A stretch of 64,000 nucleotides of DNA from Patescibacteria group bacterium. Its GTDB lineage: Bacteria; Patescibacteriota; Patescibacteriia; Patescibacteriales; JBAZCA01. Shown piece after piece: positions 62,289-64,000 of this stretch (position 1 is the first letter of the stretch; each line of letters opens with the position of its first letter). Made by a program: the position numbers and the translations under genes. The notes under the pieces were generated by a model. That model made no database searches. It was not told the DNA's origin and worked only from the letters and a program-made list of their open reading frames with translations. The stretch spans positions 200,120 through 264,119 of the forward strand of contig JBAZCA010000001.1 of the NCBI GenBank assembly GCA_041671125.1, given 5' to 3'.

Positions 62289-62985
62289 ATTCCCTTAAAA
62301 GGAGATCCGCGTCAGATAGTTCAAATTCCGGCCAATGTTTGTTCATAAAAATTAGCTCACTCAAAAGGCTTTGCCATAAAAGGAAGCCTGAATTTTTCTC
62401 TTCCCCGGAAAAACGGACAATTAAATCAATATCCGGCAGTTCGCCGTCATAAAGGTATTTCCGTATCATCCCGCCATGAATCCGGTCTTCTTCAGAAACG
62501 TGTTCCGGATCCGCTTTTAGAGACAGACTCTTAACCATTTTCCTAACCGCGTCAATGATTTCGGTCCGACCGTTATAATTCAGGCAGACATTAATCGTTC
62601 CGGCTTTGCCGCCTTTAGTCGCGTCCATGGTTTCTTTGATAATTTGAGGTAAATCGCCGGGCAACTCGCCGACGCGTCCGCCAAAAACAAGGCGATAATT
62701 CTTTTCCACCGCGTCTTTGGCGGCTTCTTCAATGTTCTGCCTTAAAAGTTTCATTAAAAAATTCACCTCTTCCGGGCTCCGGCCCCAATTTTCCGCCGGA
62801 AAAACGAGAAAAGAAATGACCGCGACTCCTTTGCCGAAAAACCAAAGCGGACAAAGGTTCATTTTTTCAAGGGCTTTAAAATGACCTTCACTGTCAGGCA
62901 GGCGCCTTTCCCGCGCCCAGCGCCGGTTACCGTCCATGATGATACCTATATGGCCGGGAATATTTTTTAATTCGCTTGCGGGCAT
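62254..62985 (-). CDS. uppS: Isoprenyl transferase (undecaprenyl-diphosphate synthase)
   Basis: ..HIGIIMDGNRRWA.. and ..RFSGEEKNSGFLLWQ.. Confidence 0.92.
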   Translation of the reverse strand: MPASELKNIPGHIGIIMDGNRRWARERRLPDSEGHFKALEKMNLCPLWFFGKGVAVISFLVFPAENWGRSPEEVNFLMKLLRQNIEEAAKDAVEKNYRLVFGGRVGELPGDLPQIIKETMDATKGGKAGTINVCLNYNGRTEIIDAVRKMVKSLSLKADPEHVSEEDRIHGGMIRKYLYDGELPDIDLIVRFSGEEKNSGFLLWQSLLSELIFMNKHWPEFELSDADLLLREYDKRRKKYGKG

Positions 62986-62986
62986 G

Positions 62987-63271
62987 TTATTTTGTTTTCG
63001 CGGTTATCTTTATTAATTTTATTTTTTCCGCCTTTCCGCTAATAATTTTTACGCCTCCTTTGCTCGCGTGAAACTCCTGTTCAAAAAATTTGAACAGCTC
63101 GGCATTAGCCTTCCCCTTCTCGGGCGGAGCGGCAATATCTATCTTAACGGTTTTTCCTTCTTCGCCGGACATAACTTCTTTCACGGCCGTACGCCCCGCA
63201 TTAGGCCGGACTTTAACCCGCATATATACCTCCCCCTTTTTTTCCAATGTTTTTTTAAATTCTTCCAACAT
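62987..63271 (-). CDS. yggU: DUF167 / YggU family protein
   Basis: ..VKVRPNAGRTAV.., ..IDIAAPPEKGKANAEL.. and ..VKIISGKAEKIKLIKI. Confidence 0.8.
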   Translation of the reverse strand: MLEEFKKTLEKKGEVYMRVKVRPNAGRTAVKEVMSGEEGKTVKIDIAAPPEKGKANAELFKFFEQEFHASKGGVKIISGKAEKIKLIKITAKTK

Positions 63272-63339
63272 ACCCTGCTAACATCTGAATTAAAAACACC
63301 CGTTAACTGATTCAATTTGACAAAAACATAGATCAGATC

Positions 63340-64000
63340 TTAATCCTGTTTCTCGCTGAATAAAATCGCGTTAGGGATGTCCCGGCCGGGTCCGGCCATA
63401 TACTCGTCGTTATACCATACGGCGTTTGAGTAGCCGCCGTCAAGGTTTAAAGCGTATTCAACGCCAAAAGTTTTCATAATATCGGCTAATTCCGGAACAG
63501 TAGCGTTATAGGCGGCGATGAGATAAAGCTTATTATTTAAGTAGCCAATGGCATTCCGGACAGCCTTGGTTTCCATCTGTTTTTTGTCCATTTCCCATTC
63601 TATCAGGTAATTCATGTAGTCCTGGATAAGCCGGGGCTTGTTGCCGATGGCCGCCTGGATTTTTACCCCGTAGTTTTTTTCAAAATCGGCCACGCTTTTA
63701 AATTCCCGGCTGTCCTTAAAGTAATAAAATTTATTATTAGCGTCAAAAACAAATATCGGCCCGGTGGTCCAGTACTTGCACTGATCTTCGTTGATCATTA
63801 CCCCGAGCCGGCTATTATAGACCGGGTAAAAATAATAATTATAATTACAGCTTGAGGATGAGCAGAAATAAGTGCCGTTGATTCCGGCAAAGGCGCTGTT
63901 GTCCAAGGCGAATTTAGCTAAGGACTTGGCCGGACAATTTTTTTCGCAGTTCGCGCCGCTCGCGGTATCGGTGATAATTTTCAGGTTGGGGTTTAATAGA
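63340..64000 (-). CDS. Phosphodiester glycosidase (DUF2233/NAGPA-like) family protein. Partial: the N-terminus lies beyond the right window edge.
   Basis: ..AGINGTYF.. and ..YALNLDGGYSNAVWYN.. are present. The reading frame stays open upstream of the track's TTG start through position 64000 (own translation ..IITDTASGANCEKNCPAKSLAKFA-LDNSAF..). Confidence 0.65.
   Translation of the reverse strand, partial: LLNPNLKIITDTASGANCEKNCPAKSLAKFALDNSAFAGINGTYFCSSSSCNYNYYFYPVYNSRLGVMINEDQCKYWTTGPIFVFDANNKFYYFKDSREFKSVADFEKNYGVKIQAAIGNKPRLIQDYMNYLIEWEMDKKQMETKAVRNAIGYLNNKLYLIAAYNATVPELADIMKTFGVEYALNLDGGYSNAVWYNDEYMAGPGRDIPNAILFSEKQD

Noticed and set aside
32633-62298. Numerous 60-250-aa ORFs antisense to or nested in well-supported genes (for example 34352-34843, 36167-36577, 38824-39396, 43729-44127, 56693-57271, 57710-58216 and 61555-62298)
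   Set aside because: Each lies fully within a longer ORF that has clear family motifs on the other strand or frame, and none shows recognisable motifs of its own.

Overview
The window looks like a small-genome, CPR/Patescibacteria-like bacterium. That placement is inferred from gene content only; no database search or HMM scan was possible. Almost all genes are on the minus strand.

Layout from left to right:
- 1-1816: an AT-rich segment carrying a two-gene CBASS-like cassette. It has a SMODS/CD-NTase nucleotidyltransferase and a 4-TM effector. The effector ORF runs off the window edge, so it is missing from the supplied ORF track. The segment abuts a truncated ComEC-type metallo-beta-lactamase gene fragment.
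- 2177-28088: two adjacent giant surface-protein genes of 2979 aa and 5651 aa, about 40 percent of the window.
  - The 2979-aa protein has four LamG lectin modules and two poly-glycine modules.
  - The 5651-aa protein has an N-terminal HTH plus a single TM helix. It then has beta-helix and tail-fibre-like GNVGIGTT repeats, a 4389-nt in-frame tandem duplication with a 939-bp perfectly identical core, and two 13-unit arrays of about 48-aa repeats. It ends in a tail-fibre-like and C-type-lectin-like C-terminus.
- 28 kb to 64 kb, housekeeping and envelope genes: an O-antigen-ligase-like protein, rmuC, uvrA, a phosphoesterase, a permease, a Memo-CapA fusion, a translin-like protein and pilB.
- Same stretch continued: tRNA-Pro(CGG), a FliA-type sigma factor, rnhA, recJ, lepA, dapB, dapA, lysA and an aminotransferase.
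- Same stretch continued: murJ, two GT4 glycosyltransferases, a UDP-xylose pathway (a short UGDH-like protein, UXS and an epimerase), rarA, uppS, yggU and a partial DUF2233-like gene.

A pervasive unexplained signal is a family of AT-rich tracts with 7-nt periodicity, often paired with small GC hairpins. They sit at gene boundaries and also in frame inside several coding regions. One roughly 50-nt element is 46/50 identical in two unrelated genes.
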